From Macrostomum lignano (lineage: Eukaryota): a DNA stretch of 64,000 nt. Each line of letters begins with the position of its first letter. The first letter of the stretch is position 1. Positions 51,762 through 63,544 of the stretch are shown piece by piece. The position numbers and the translations under genes are program-made. Where the stretch lies: NCBI GenBank assembly GCA_002269645.1, contig NIVC01003422.1:34512-98511 (forward strand), given 5' to 3'. The notes beneath the pieces were generated by a model. It was not told the DNA's origin. It did not search any database and saw only the letters and a list, made by a program, of their open reading frames with translations.

Positions 51762-51907
51762 CTTGTGCTCCTAAATTCAATTCATTTTTCAATACAAAGG
51801 CACCTTGGTTTGGTTTCAAGGACCAGTAGTCTTCGAGCTTTGGGTTTCGGGCTTTCGGGAGTTTGGCCTTTTTAATAAAATACCCAGGTCCCCAAGATCT
51901 TTACTAC

Positions 51908-54900
51908 TCAGACTCGCTCTTCGGCAGACTTGCCACCCAGCTCAAAGTCGTCGTCACCGCCGCCCTGGTGGCCAAGCAGTGGCATGCTCTCGCGGCGCGG
52001 ATTGCGCACCGTAGCGGACAGACCGCTCGCCCTCATGGCCGCCACCTCCATCGAGGTCAGCGAATCTGTCGATGGCGACGCGGCCAGAGCGGCGGCGGCA
52101 GCGGCGGCGGCAGCACCAGACCCCCCAACGCTGCCGCTCTTGTCCAGCAAGTCACTGCCAGAAGCCGACTTCTTCGGCGCAGCAGCTGAAGCAGCCGCAG
52201 CCGTAGCAGCTGCCTTGGCTGTAGACTTTTTCTTGCCGACATTGCGCAGCTGCAGAAAGTCGAGGGTATTCACGATCTCCTTGCCGGTGCCCTGCAGCCG
52301 GCGCAGCAGGTGCTTGTGCAGGTGGGCTTCGACCTCCTCAGCCGACGTGAAATTGTCGTGCGCGTGCACCTCGCTGAAGTCGAAGGCTCTCAGCAGCAGA
52401 GACACCTGCTGTTCAACTGGCTCGCCATTGTCTGTGAGGCCCGGCGGAAACAGGCTGTCCTCGGCGCCGCCCAGCTTCACCGACGCCTTCAGGTTGGAGT
52501 TGAGAATGTCTGACAGGGGCAGGTCGGCCCGGTCCTTGCCCAGCGGGTTCAGCAGCATGATGCCGATCTTGAACCAGCCTGTCGGAGTGGGCGGTGACTG
52601 GGTCGGTGAGTAACTCCTCCATTGGTTTATTTATTTCCAGTACCATTCTTTTTAACCGCTAGAGTTGCAGCATCCGAATTTCCGAAATCCCCATATTTAA
52701 ACGCACTGAATTTCTACAATTCATACTCTTATCTCGATCTCTTTTCTCCCGAGAACAGGGATCGCCAAACCCTGGCCCGCAGGCCGCATGTGCCCTGCAA
52801 AGCCTATCTATCCTCTCTAATCTCTATCTCAATCCTATGAAAGGGCCTGTCAACTTAAGCTCACAAAGTGGAGCCCGAGTAACCTATATACGCAAATGAT
52901 ACGTCATTCTGCTGACAGTGACACCAAGAAGCTGGGTTTGGCAAAAAATTAGACTTGGGATGATAGGGAATAACAAGCAAGGGCATAATTAGCGACTCTA
53001 CTTTATAAGCTTACGTTGGCAGGCCATTTACAAAAGTAATCCGGACTGCTTAATGTTTATCTTTTCTCAGCTCTCTTTTCTTCTCTCCCCTCTTTTTTAT
53101 TCTCACCCCTCTCTTTTCTTCTCTCCCCTCTTCTCAACTCTCTTCTCTCTTCTAACCCTCGTCTCTCTTATCTCTTCTATCTTCTCACCCTCTTCTATCT
53201 TCTCACCCTCTTCTATCTTCTCACCCTCTTTTTTATTCTCAACCCTCTTCTCTCTTCTCACCTCTTCCCCTCTCGCCTCTCTACTCCTCTCTTCGTCTCT
53301 TTCCTCTTCTCTCTCCTCTATTTCCTCTTCTTTCCCCTCATCTGACCCGTAGCCATGAGCTAGATTATTTATCTGACCCCTGAAGTAACCAAGTTTGCTG
53401 ACCCTTCTATAGATCCTAAACACTTAATCCCTGATTGAACTTGTTGACCCGTATTGTACCACTTTTTCAAACTGTTTCAAAAAGACGCAAGCTATTGCTT
53501 TGAAAAAACCTCACCCAGGTAGAAAATGAACTCAAGCGAGCCGAGAATGGGAAAGTACGCCAGCAGCTCAACGCCCAGCACGGTGTCAATCACTGAAGAC
53601 TGGGTCTCGTTGATGGACTGGGCAGCTGGGGCCATCGTTACCTGACGCACCATCTCCGGTCGGATCAACTGGGTTGACAGCAGGGTGGAGAACAGGAACA
53701 GGTACACAGCGGCCACCGCAACCTGGGTGTACACCAGCGGCACATTGAACTCGGTGTAGGACCACACGGTGCCCAGGTCGCCTCTGAACTTGTTGATCAT
53801 CTCCACTAAGAACAGCAGCTCACGCTCCTCAGCGATTAGGCCTTCAAAAGTTTTTTTGCGTATTGGTTGGATTTAAGATTCTTAACTGACAAGCAACCGT
53901 GTTGCCTTGAAGGTTGGCCCTCATGAGCGAATTCGAAACAAAAATGTGCCCTTTACACATAAATTTCAGTAGACTTAGAGATTAGAATGAAATTGTTCTA
54001 AGCACATTTTGTTGCACTCGCAATGAAAATTCATGTACCATAAATAGTACTTGAACGAGTAGTCTTGCATGTATATATTTTTATTAATTGTGCCTCCATA
54101 TAAATGCCTGTAAGTACTTTTCGGCAAAATGTGTTTGCTTAGAGAAAATTCAGTATGAGTATGTTGAGTCTTAAGAGAAATATATTACTTTATGCTACCC
54201 CTCTTTTATCTCTGTATCCTCCAGACACTCCGGTTAAATATTATAAATTGTGTAAATAAATTCTAATAACCTTATCAGCTATCAGTATTGAGCGCTTCGT
54301 TTTTATGGCTTAAATGATTTAATTATGATAATTGGGAGCGTTTTATTGCCCCAACAAGGATAAGAACTCAAATAAACTCCGAACTCCAGCAACCCCTAAA
54401 CTCCAACGAATCTCCGAAATACAACAAACCCCTTAAAATCCAACAACCCCCAAACTCCAACAACCCCTAAACTCAAACAACCCCTAAACTCAAACAACCC
54501 CTAAACTCAAACAACCCCTAAACTCAAACAACCCCCTAAACTCCAAAAACCCCCAAAATCCAACAAACCCCAAACTCCAACACCCCCCTAAACTCCAAAA
54601 CCCCCAAAATCCAACAAACCCCCCAAATTCAACAAACCCCCAAAATCCAACAACCCCTAAACTCAAACAATACCCAAAATCCAATAACCCCAAAACTCCA
54701 ACAACCCCCAAAATCCAACAAACCCCAAACTCCAACGAACCCTAAACTCTAAAAAAGTCACAACAGAAACCCTGCAAAGCTCAAGATGACTGTTGAATAA
54801 AAGCATGCATTCCCAGAAATAGGTTTCAACCATCCCCAGTCGCTCACCCAACATCCTGGCCCGCTTAATGAGCCGGCTAGCCCAGGCGAGGGGCAGCCAG

Positions 54901-56095
54901 TACTCCGGACTGTAGGTGAGGTCAGTGCTCTGCGACAGCTCGGCCGACCTGGCAAAAGTTTCAACTTCTTCAGCGGTCACCAATCGACCAAAATGTTTCC
55001 GCACCTTCTCGTCCGAATTGATGAGGTCCAGCCTCTCGCGCCAGGTGAGCTCAAACTCGGGCTTCTTGCTATTCTTATTGCCGTCAGTGGAATCGTTGCC
55101 GGTCCCGGCTGTCGCAGCAGCTGTCGTGCCGGCGGAACGGTCTTGACTGCTCTTCTTGGCCTTGAGCGGCTGGTTAAAACCAAACCGGTCCTTGATTTGC
55201 TGCGATATTGTGGCCATCATCAGGATCCAGGATAGATTAGAATAGCGCAGTATTGTTATGCGAATTTTTCTTGCAATATCGCTTTTCACCGGATGGGTGC
55301 TCTCGACTAGGGCCTGAGTGTAGAACGACATGCTGCTGAGCCAGGGGATGGCCATGCACGTGCTCCACCAGCTGCGCGGTCATGTTGTAGCGGGGTGAAG
55401 TTGCTTTGTGAATTAAATGCAGCTGGGTCGAAACAGGCAATGATAAGTGTATTAAACTTAAAGCACAATGGAAGCAGCTTGAGCACTGATAAACCAGTTG
55501 GAGTGTCAAAGAGGTAATGGGCGCTGAGAAAGCAATGAGGAAGGCTGAGATGATTGATGAAGCAGTTGGAGCACCGAAAGGAAGCAGTGGAGGCTGGAGC
55601 ACCAAAAGGAAACAGTGGAGCGCAGAGGAAGCAGTGGAGGCTCAGAGGAGCAAGAGTTTTAGTAAAAAAAGTTTGAAGAAAATCGGTTGAGCCGTTCGGG
55701 AGAAAATCAATTACAAGCAAGCAACCAAGCATTTCATTTTTAGTATATTGGATGATGCAATAGTTAAAAATAGAACTGCTTGGCTTATACCAGTAACTGC
55801 GTTTTCTTACTTACCGACTAAACACGGTCGACACGAAGAAGCCCAGCATAAATGAGAGCGGCACAGAGGTGCGAATTTTGCTCAGCCAGCGCACTACAGC
55901 CTCGAATGTGATCATCCGATGTTCGTGATTAGCCAAGGCCTGGTGATAAATCACAGCCAAAATGACGTAGGCCGTAACAAAGAAAATGTAGTCGACCCAG
56001 AGCATCTCCCATACGCTGCCAGTCCATCGGAATAGCAGCTTCAGGAAGAACAGTCGATCTTTCGTGTAGATCTTTGACGCGTAGCTGACAACCAT
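51908..56095 (-). CDS. best: Bestrophin-family anion channel, divergent, 600 aa
   Basis: Exons 56095-55815, 55371-54848, 53841-53515, 52578-51908 (1803 nt, in frame). Motifs LLFRWTGSV, VPLSFMLGFFV..RWW, LRYSNL, YWLPLAW, VPLVYTQV, YLGWFKIG..LLNPLG. Confidence 0.92.
53070..53340. repeat. CT-rich low-complexity tract in a bestrophin intron
   Basis: Direct reading. Confidence 0.85.
54372..54750. repeat. C/A-rich degenerate minisatellite (AAACTCCAACAACCCCT-like) in a bestrophin intron
   Basis: Direct reading. Confidence 0.85.
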
Positions 56096-56857
56096 TATTA
56101 ATTAGTTTATTTCTCTTTTATTCGCGTCTGGTATCCAATATTCTGCTTTAAAGAGAGCTAATGCCAATAGGGTCGTCTGAATGTGAAGCTCTGAAAAGCG
56201 GAGGTAAGGCCTTCTCTCTCTTGAATAAAGTAAAGCCTAAATGTTCACTCGACGCTAGGGAAGGGTGGGCTGAGCCAGTCCAATAGGAATAAGAGCTTTC
56301 CCCGCCCCCGTGTGTACATACCAACGGAGGGTGGGGGACGGGGTTGAAATGAATGTACATAGAAATAAGTGAAGAGTTTTTGTGTACATAGAATGAAAAA
56401 GAGAGGGAGCCTGGAGTCTTCTCTCTCCCTCTTGTTCCCTAATTAATTGCATACTGAGCTAGTTTGTACCAAAGCAACTTGTACAGTATATCTTAAACAT
56501 ACGTATTACTATTTGCGTATTGTATTTGTATGAATAGCGTTTTGTTAACTATATAAAATATAATGCAAGGAATTGCACAAATCAATTGATTATTCTCTGA
56601 AAAGTCGAAGCTATCTTCTCTGTAGATTGATTGTAGATGTGAATAAACTACTAGTGATAAGCGGCTGAACCGATCGAGCAAAATGTCTCAACTCTTTATC
56701 TGCCGAGGCTCTGGTGATGTTAATGGAATATTAATATGAAGCTTCATATTTATAGCTGCATTGATTGAATTGTTTATGGTCGAAACAGGATTTCCAGTTA
56801 ATGACTCAAGGACAACTGAAGCATTAAGCCCCCACACCCCCGTTCTCACTCTCCCCA

Positions 56858-57012
56858 CGCTTTCGTCTATGGCATTCTTAGTTGACACCGGAAGGAGTCG
56901 AGATGGGGGAGAGTCATGGACTTCTATACTTAGATGCTAAGATTAGAAGTCCATGACTCTCCCCCATCTCGACTCCTTCCGGTGTCAACTAAGAATGCCA
57001 TAGACGAAAGCG
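56858..57012. repeat. Perfect 69-bp inverted repeat (foldback hairpin)
   Basis: 56858-56926 is the exact reverse complement of 56944-57012. The 17-nt spacer itself contains CTTAG-atg-CTAAG. Confidence 0.95.
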
Positions 57013-58789
57013 CATAGCAATAAATCATTGTCAGCGGGGCGGGCTGTCGTTTTCAACGGAGTATAAATGATTGTTTGAGACTTTCTTGGCAACTTGGGAT
57101 TTACTCCCGATCGAAATTCTGTTTGTCGTATCATGCAAGACGCATATTATAATAATCGGTTTTTTATATGAAATTTATCTGTGCATTCAATTTTTTGTTC
57201 TAAGAAAAGAGTACTGAAAAGTAAAACGTACCCTTCCTCAGTGTATACAATGATATACCAGAATTTCTCCAATTGGTCATGGCATGGCTGCCATGCGCAG
57301 CAGTACTAAAGTGGATAGTGTACTTTGGTGCTTGCCGGGGTTGTAAAGGCAGCAGGGAGAAGATTAGTGAATCTGGTGCAAACTGGCAAGCGCCAGTTTC
57401 TGGGAGGATGGGAGGGGCCAATGCAATTCCGGTCAAAGCCACACACCACAAGCCCCAGCCCCTGTCTTCTTCATCTCTGTCAGTACAGTTGCTGTTATGT
57501 GACCGAGCCTAATATTGCATTATTAAAGAAGTTTGCAGTATGCAGTCAATGTCAAACTTTGATGGAATTCTGCATTAACTACTAGCAATTAGGTCTATAA
57601 TAATGTGATTGACATTAACTTAAGCAATGCAAGAAATTTGCGGTGGTTGACAAATGTACAAATATAGAGCTGTGTATGCTAAGGATAGTCTATGTAGAAA
57701 CTCTCTGATTCGCTAATGAACAGAGAGTCGGGCCATAGACCAATTGAAGGCAGAAAGGAGAGGAGCTGCACTCTCACATAGACTGCAGGCCAAGCAAGTT
57801 AAGCAGACTCTTCTCTGTGGTTAAATTATCGATTTTTAATGAATTATCCACTCGATTGGCTTTATTGGCTATAATGATCGAGTGCAGACTTTCTGTGGCA
57901 GTGGCTGCTACGGCTGCAGCGAATGGGGATTGTCGACTTTATCGGTTTAATTACGATTGATTAATGTATGCGCATCTCTGATGTCTGATCTATATTTATT
58001 AATAACGTTACTTACTACATACCGGTGATTAATTATAAGTCCTGCTACTAAAGCAGAAAACACGATTTTAAGTATAATATTTGCCTGAGACAGACATAAT
58101 ATAAGACGTTTATATGGAAGCGTTTGTAATTTATTTATTTCTTATACAGGGAGCTTTTTTAAAGCAACATACATGTATCGGTACAAGGCTCGCAATTTTA
58201 CTGTACTAATACTAACTTCTTGTACTAATATGTATGAGTATGTATGTACAACACTACTGGAAACTTTTACATATAGTATCTTTATTCAAGCTTCGAAACA
58301 GAAACTCCGCACTTTATTCGAATCATAAACAAATCTATCCGTGTAAAATGCAAAACAGATTCAGAAGCAATAAAACAGTCATCTTGTAGCTAACTGTAAT
58401 CGTTAACAATTGTAAACTTTGTTACCGCGGCGTCACGAACACAAACACCGCTCATTATCGCGCGTCGGAGTATCAACTCCAAACTGGACTCAACTCATCG
58501 TCAGCTCATGCTCACCTTCGTCGGGACCCACGCCTCGTTGGGCATTGATAGAGTTCCTGAAAACCTTGGATTAAAGCTTCTGATTTGCGGGTGTGAGGGT
58601 GGAGCTGCATGGTTGCTATGCAATTTAAGATGGAAAACGATTTCCATTAATGCATACACAAAATATAGCGCGTAAATCACCTGAACAACGGCGTTGTGCG
58701 GCCTTTGCAATCGCTGGGACTCGCTGAACAATCGGGAGGGAGGCTATAGGAGGAAATGGGGATAGCAACTGAGGATTGTTTAGTCTCAC

Positions 58790-59878
58790 CTTCGCAGACC
58801 GACGGCAGATTCAGGATGCAAGACTCCACCCGCCAGTTGCCATCGCTGTCAAAAGTCACGCAGTCGTCGCCTTCGTTTGGCTGCTCGGGCCGCCAGACGC
58901 GCTCGCCCAGCGGCTGAAGTCGTCCTTGACGTAGACGCTGCCGTCAGTGCGCTGGAAGTAGCCTGTAAAGGGCATTCAGTTCGGTTTTGGTCCAAGCTGC
59001 CAGGCTTAGTGGAGTTGACACTGATTTTGAGTCATAAACATATAAAGTATAATAGAAGTACAGTCTTGATCGAGCTTGTCTACTCTAAAACGTATTGAAG
59101 AAGCGAATCTGTGTGAAATCCGGACGTCTAAAGAACGCCTAAGCATTATACTTGGTGTCGGTCTTCAATGCTATATTCTCGGACGCAATACACACTTTCT
59201 TCACTTAAATTCGGAAGCCCAGAAGGTGAAATATTGTCAAATCAATTTAATACTGAAATCCCAGAAATCAGCGAGTGTAAGTATCCTATATTTTAGTTGT
59301 CCGTAGTTTGAGTAACAAAATTGCGCTGCAAGTCATGCCTAGATTTCGTACGATACTACTTTTAGTTTCGAGGGCAGAGCAGGTCAGCGGTAACTTGTCT
59401 GTCTCTCGCGCCGTGACTCGCAGGTTCGATTCCAGATTCGTTTGGGGCTTTTTGCACAAAAATTAGACAGCGATTTGTTGTGCAATTCAACCTCCAAACC
59501 TCTTAAGGCCCAGAAAATGTACATGTCAGGGATGCTCTACACCCTGTGTGATCGTGTATATGAGTGTGTGCCTGCCTACACTATCCGCGCCTCACCTTCT
59601 CGCGCCTGATCGTCCATGCCAACGTAGGCCTTCTCAACCTTCTTGCCGAGCAGGAACGCTTTCACTCGGTTGTTAGTGGCCAGATCCTTGATCGTGACCA
59701 GCCGCATTCCCTTGTCGTAGCAGGACTGGATGCACTGGTAGCGGCTGGAACCGGTGCACAGACTCATCTGACCCGGCGCCGATGTCACAACGGCGTCGGT
59801 GGGATCAGACGCCAACATCAGCGTCAGCAACAGCGGCAGCAGGAGCCGCTGCGCTGCCGTTGCGAGCTTCTCCAACAT
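58790..59878 (-). CDS. Secreted C-type lectin domain protein with an apparent 1-nt frame break near 58910 (assembly error, null allele or unusual splicing)
   Basis: Exon 59878-59596 (signal peptide, C..C, YVGMDD..EG) and exon 58962-58790 (YFQRTDGS in one frame; WRPEQPNEGDDCV..W....C....VCE in the next frame). A further exon at 58556-58516 is possible. Confidence 0.75.
59372..59433 (+). mobile_element. Possible tRNA-derived SINE head remnant
   Basis: B-box GGTTCGATTCC at 59423-59433 with a weak A-box-like sequence upstream; no tRNA cloverleaf. A similar B-box lies on the minus strand at 21887-21897. Confidence 0.25.
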
Positions 59879-62800
59879 TTGATCAGTTCGAATTGTGTTG
59901 CTGCTGATCGAAGAGTCGGGGTTTGGTTGGCTGGCAGCAGGGTTTCACTGCATGGTTTGTAAGGAAGCGGAGTTAACATAGGGAATTTGAACTTAGCATT
60001 GGTATTGATGGCTTATCGGCCCAGGTAATTAGAAGCACCGAGACATCCCGTCCAAGCCTCCTTATTAGGCCTTGTTTCTAGATGCATGTATCTTGAGCCG
60101 TTAAGCTGTCAGTTTCAGTTAGCTGTCAGATTGGGCCCCAAATTCAGCTCCATTGTGGATTCACATCCAACTTCAAAGAAGCTTCTTTAAATTTTGTAGG
60201 CTATATCGCTTGTTCTCAATTAAAGATAAGAAGGTAGAGAGAAACATGGAAACATACTGAAATTTTTTGGGACGTGTCGATTTTAATTAAAATCATATAC
60301 TCATTCTAAACGGCAAGCTTCGATGTTGAAACACTAGAGATCAAGAAGGGAACACAACCTTACCTTTGCAAATCGAAGCGAATACAAATCCAGTTGGCCA
60401 AAAGAATTTTCCTTTTTTTGCAAAACGGATACCTTAAAGCGGCTGAGCTATCGATCTCGGAAAATGGGGATTTATATCCAATTTTCCTCCTTGAGAGCAG
60501 ATTGGGATTAGCGACAGCTGCGACCAGAAATAATCAACGAAATGGATTAGTATAGCTGAGGGATTTGAGGAAGCAAACTCGTAAGGTTGCTTTTTTGCTC
60601 CATGCACAGGAACTTCAGGAAGCCAGCTGTTGCGTCAAAAGCCTATTACAGATAGTCTAAACCCCTCATGCGAGCCAGAACTGAGTATTGCGTCCGTGAT
60701 AGACAGGTGCCTCAATCACTTGCGGGCATTCATTCAGCTCAGAAGCCAAACCAAGGCCTGATTTGGATTATCGCGGCGCCTCGGGATTTTTTTGCTAGAA
60801 CTGATTTCGTCAGAAAAGATCTCAATAAATATTGATAGAATGTTTACGAATTTGACAGAGGTGAGCTATCCTATAGCCAACAAACTTTCGCAGAGATCAG
60901 ATTAAGGACCATCTAGAAGTTACCGTTGTATCAGGACGTAATTAGGGACATGCAGAGTAGCTTTGCGGTACACTCGCCCGACTGTTGCGTCACGACCCCT
61001 GGTTTGATTCCGTGCAACAGCAAAGACAAATTTATTTGGGGCTTGTGTACTAGAAAGTCAGGGCCGCTGTGCACCCCTGTGTGAGCGTGTGCATGAGTGA
61101 GGGCCTGTGTACACAGTATTGACGCGCAATGGGCAGAATTGTCGTCAGCGCTGGTTGTGAGACCAAGGTGCCCTATAAATATTATTATCAGGTAACAGTC
61201 GCATAGTATGAAAAAATATTTGAGGGCCGAATTTCGCATAGAAAATTTCTGTTGATAGTGTCTTTTATTCCCGACAACTTGTCTATCATAAAACCTTATT
61301 TATCATACGTGTAAAATGTTAAAATATAACGTTATTCGAAAAGCAAATCTACTTCTGAACTGAAATCCGTCTGAGATGATGAAAAACGGAAAACTTCTTA
61401 TCTCATCCATGCATTTTTCAGCGAAAACCGGGACTGTTTAGTACCATCGTTCTGCTCGGTAGATCGGTAGGCCACCCAGGAGAGTCCTCTGCGCCGCCGG
61501 ATGTCCTCTCCACCACGTAGGGCACCAGACAGCCACCATCCATGCCGGGACAACTTTAACTGGCGGTCCCACATGATGCCAGCCGAGAGCTGATGTCCCC
61601 AGCCTCTGCAGGATGTCCTGCTGCTCACTTTGCAGGGCTCGTTGAGGCGAGGCCTGGCGCAAACCTGTCGATACGTGGCCTGCCTGCTGTGCCCGCTCTG
61701 GCTCGCTTGTTGTTGTCGTTGTCATGGGGGCTTTGGATTGCTGCCTCAACAAAGCAAAAACCAAATTAAAAGCATCGATAAGTGCAAAATAAAAAAACAA
61801 AATGAATTCGAAGTAACAAAATCCGATGTGAATAGCAAATCAACTATGACTATCTACTCTCCGCTTGATCTCTTAATTATTTAATTAGTTTGTTTATTTG
61901 TTTATTTCTCCGGATCGAAGCCGACAAAACTGAGTTGGTCTAATTTAAACAAATGAGGAAAAACAGCCTGAGTGCTCAGCTTAGTAAAACGCAAGACGAC
62001 AACAACCATAAGTACGAGTATATATATATAGGGATATCGTATACGCAGTGAATTCAGATAGGTCGGTGTGTTCTTTTTTTAGCATAATATTTTGTGAGTT
62101 TCCTGTTAAACAAAAGGGTTCGGGTAACAATAGTATACAATATTGGCGCTTACAATAGTAAGTACAAGCGGAGCGCTTCCAGTAAATCGGTTGATGCTTC
62201 ACACTTTTAGTGACAAAAAATTGTTGTCTTTTTGATATAAAAATAGATAGGAAAAGTACACGTTGTCAGGCTGGTTTTAGAGTTGATGGTGCATAAATAG
62301 TCCGCGCAGTTCACCTGCAAATTTTATAACGCGATTTATGCATGCTGTTTGAATAAACTAATTAGCCATGGAGGCGGAAAAAAGTCCTGAAAGAAATTCG
62401 TACATCAAACTTGCTTCCGACTCAGTGGGAGCTCATTAGATTGGGAGTTTGCTATAGCGGAATCAGAAAGTCCAACGGTGCTGCGGTTGCTACACAAAAA
62501 ATGGGTCGCCTTTGCTTGGCTGTAACAGCAATAATTTGAAACTGCGGCAGGGAAAGTATTCAGTACAACAACAATAAAACGACAGAGTTGTGTGACGTTT
62601 TGGTGAAAAAGCATTGGTGCAGATATTCGATCGAGTGCTCTGAAGATCTGTGCTCTAATCGTATACTCGTAAAGACTGTTACAACAAATGTTAAGGAAAA
62701 ATCTCTGTCATTTTGGTAGCGTTTTTTTATAGCCGAAAATACTTCTTCCGTAGTGTTTGTATAACGATTTGGATACGCGGTTTAAGTCGACTATCTTATT

Positions 62801-62977
62801 ATATTGAAGTCTTTCATAACTTAATAGTGAATAAAATCCATTATGCGCCCTACATTCTACGGGCTTTCAGTCTGGTTAATTCCGTCGCTCAAGGAGTGTC
62901 AACGCCAACATGGCTGTCTGTTCGACCATTCAAAAGCTCAATCAATCGATTATCTCTCATCTTGACCTCTCGCAAGT

Positions 62978-63544
62978 TCAGATCTCCACGGCAGTCCTGG
63001 CGGAGCTCACGGAGGCCGACAGGTTCGGCAGCGAGGCGCTGAACGTAGCGAGAGGCAGCGACGGCGCTTCCGGTGGCGGGGGCGGCGGCGGCGGCAGGAC
63101 CTCTGCCTCGACAACAATCCGCTGGGAGGAGACGCCCGAGTCATCGTCTTCGTCGTTGCAGTCGGTGCTGTTGTCTTCTGGATCGTAGTTGCTGTCAAAG
63201 TCCAGACGCGAGTCGCCGTCGTCTCCGATGGCCGTGACAAAGTCCTCGGTGTCCTCGTCGCCGCCACCAGCCTGGAAGTGAGGCAGCGCCGAGTTGCCTC
63301 CTACTCCGATGGTGGCAGCATCCTCCGAGTCGCTAGTCTCTGGCGTGATGTCCAGTCGGAAGTTCAGCAGTTGCTTATCTGTCGCGGCCGTTGTCATGCA
63401 GTTATCGAAGGCCACGGAGTCCAGCGCCTTGAGCAGGTAAGCCTGCTGAGCTTTGTACTGGTCTCGCAGCCGCTCCAGTTGGGTGGCCGCGTAGTCTTTG
63501 ATGCGCAGCAGCTGCTGGTTGTACTGCTCACGAACTCGCTCCAC
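62978..63544 (-). CDS. Terminal coding exon of a gene starting beyond the window; coiled-coil cytoplasmic tail resembling IGLR-2-like Ig/LRR membrane proteins
   Basis: Acceptor ttcctcAG at 63546-63545, an open GC3-rich frame to TGA at 62978. REQYNQQLLRIKDYAATQLERLRDQYKAQQ..L.K.LD....DNC is followed by an acidic low-complexity tail. Family assignment is from recalled motif similarity only. Confidence 0.5.
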   Translation of the reverse strand: MERVREQYNQQLLRIKDYAATQLERLRDQYKAQQAYLLKALDSVAFDNCMTTAATDKQLLNFRLDITPETSDSEDAATIGVGGNSALPHFQAGGGDEDTEDFVTAIGDDGDSRLDFDSNYDPEDNSTDCNDEDDDSGVSSQRIVVEAEVLPPPPPPPPEAPSLPLATFSASLPNLSASVSSARTAVEI

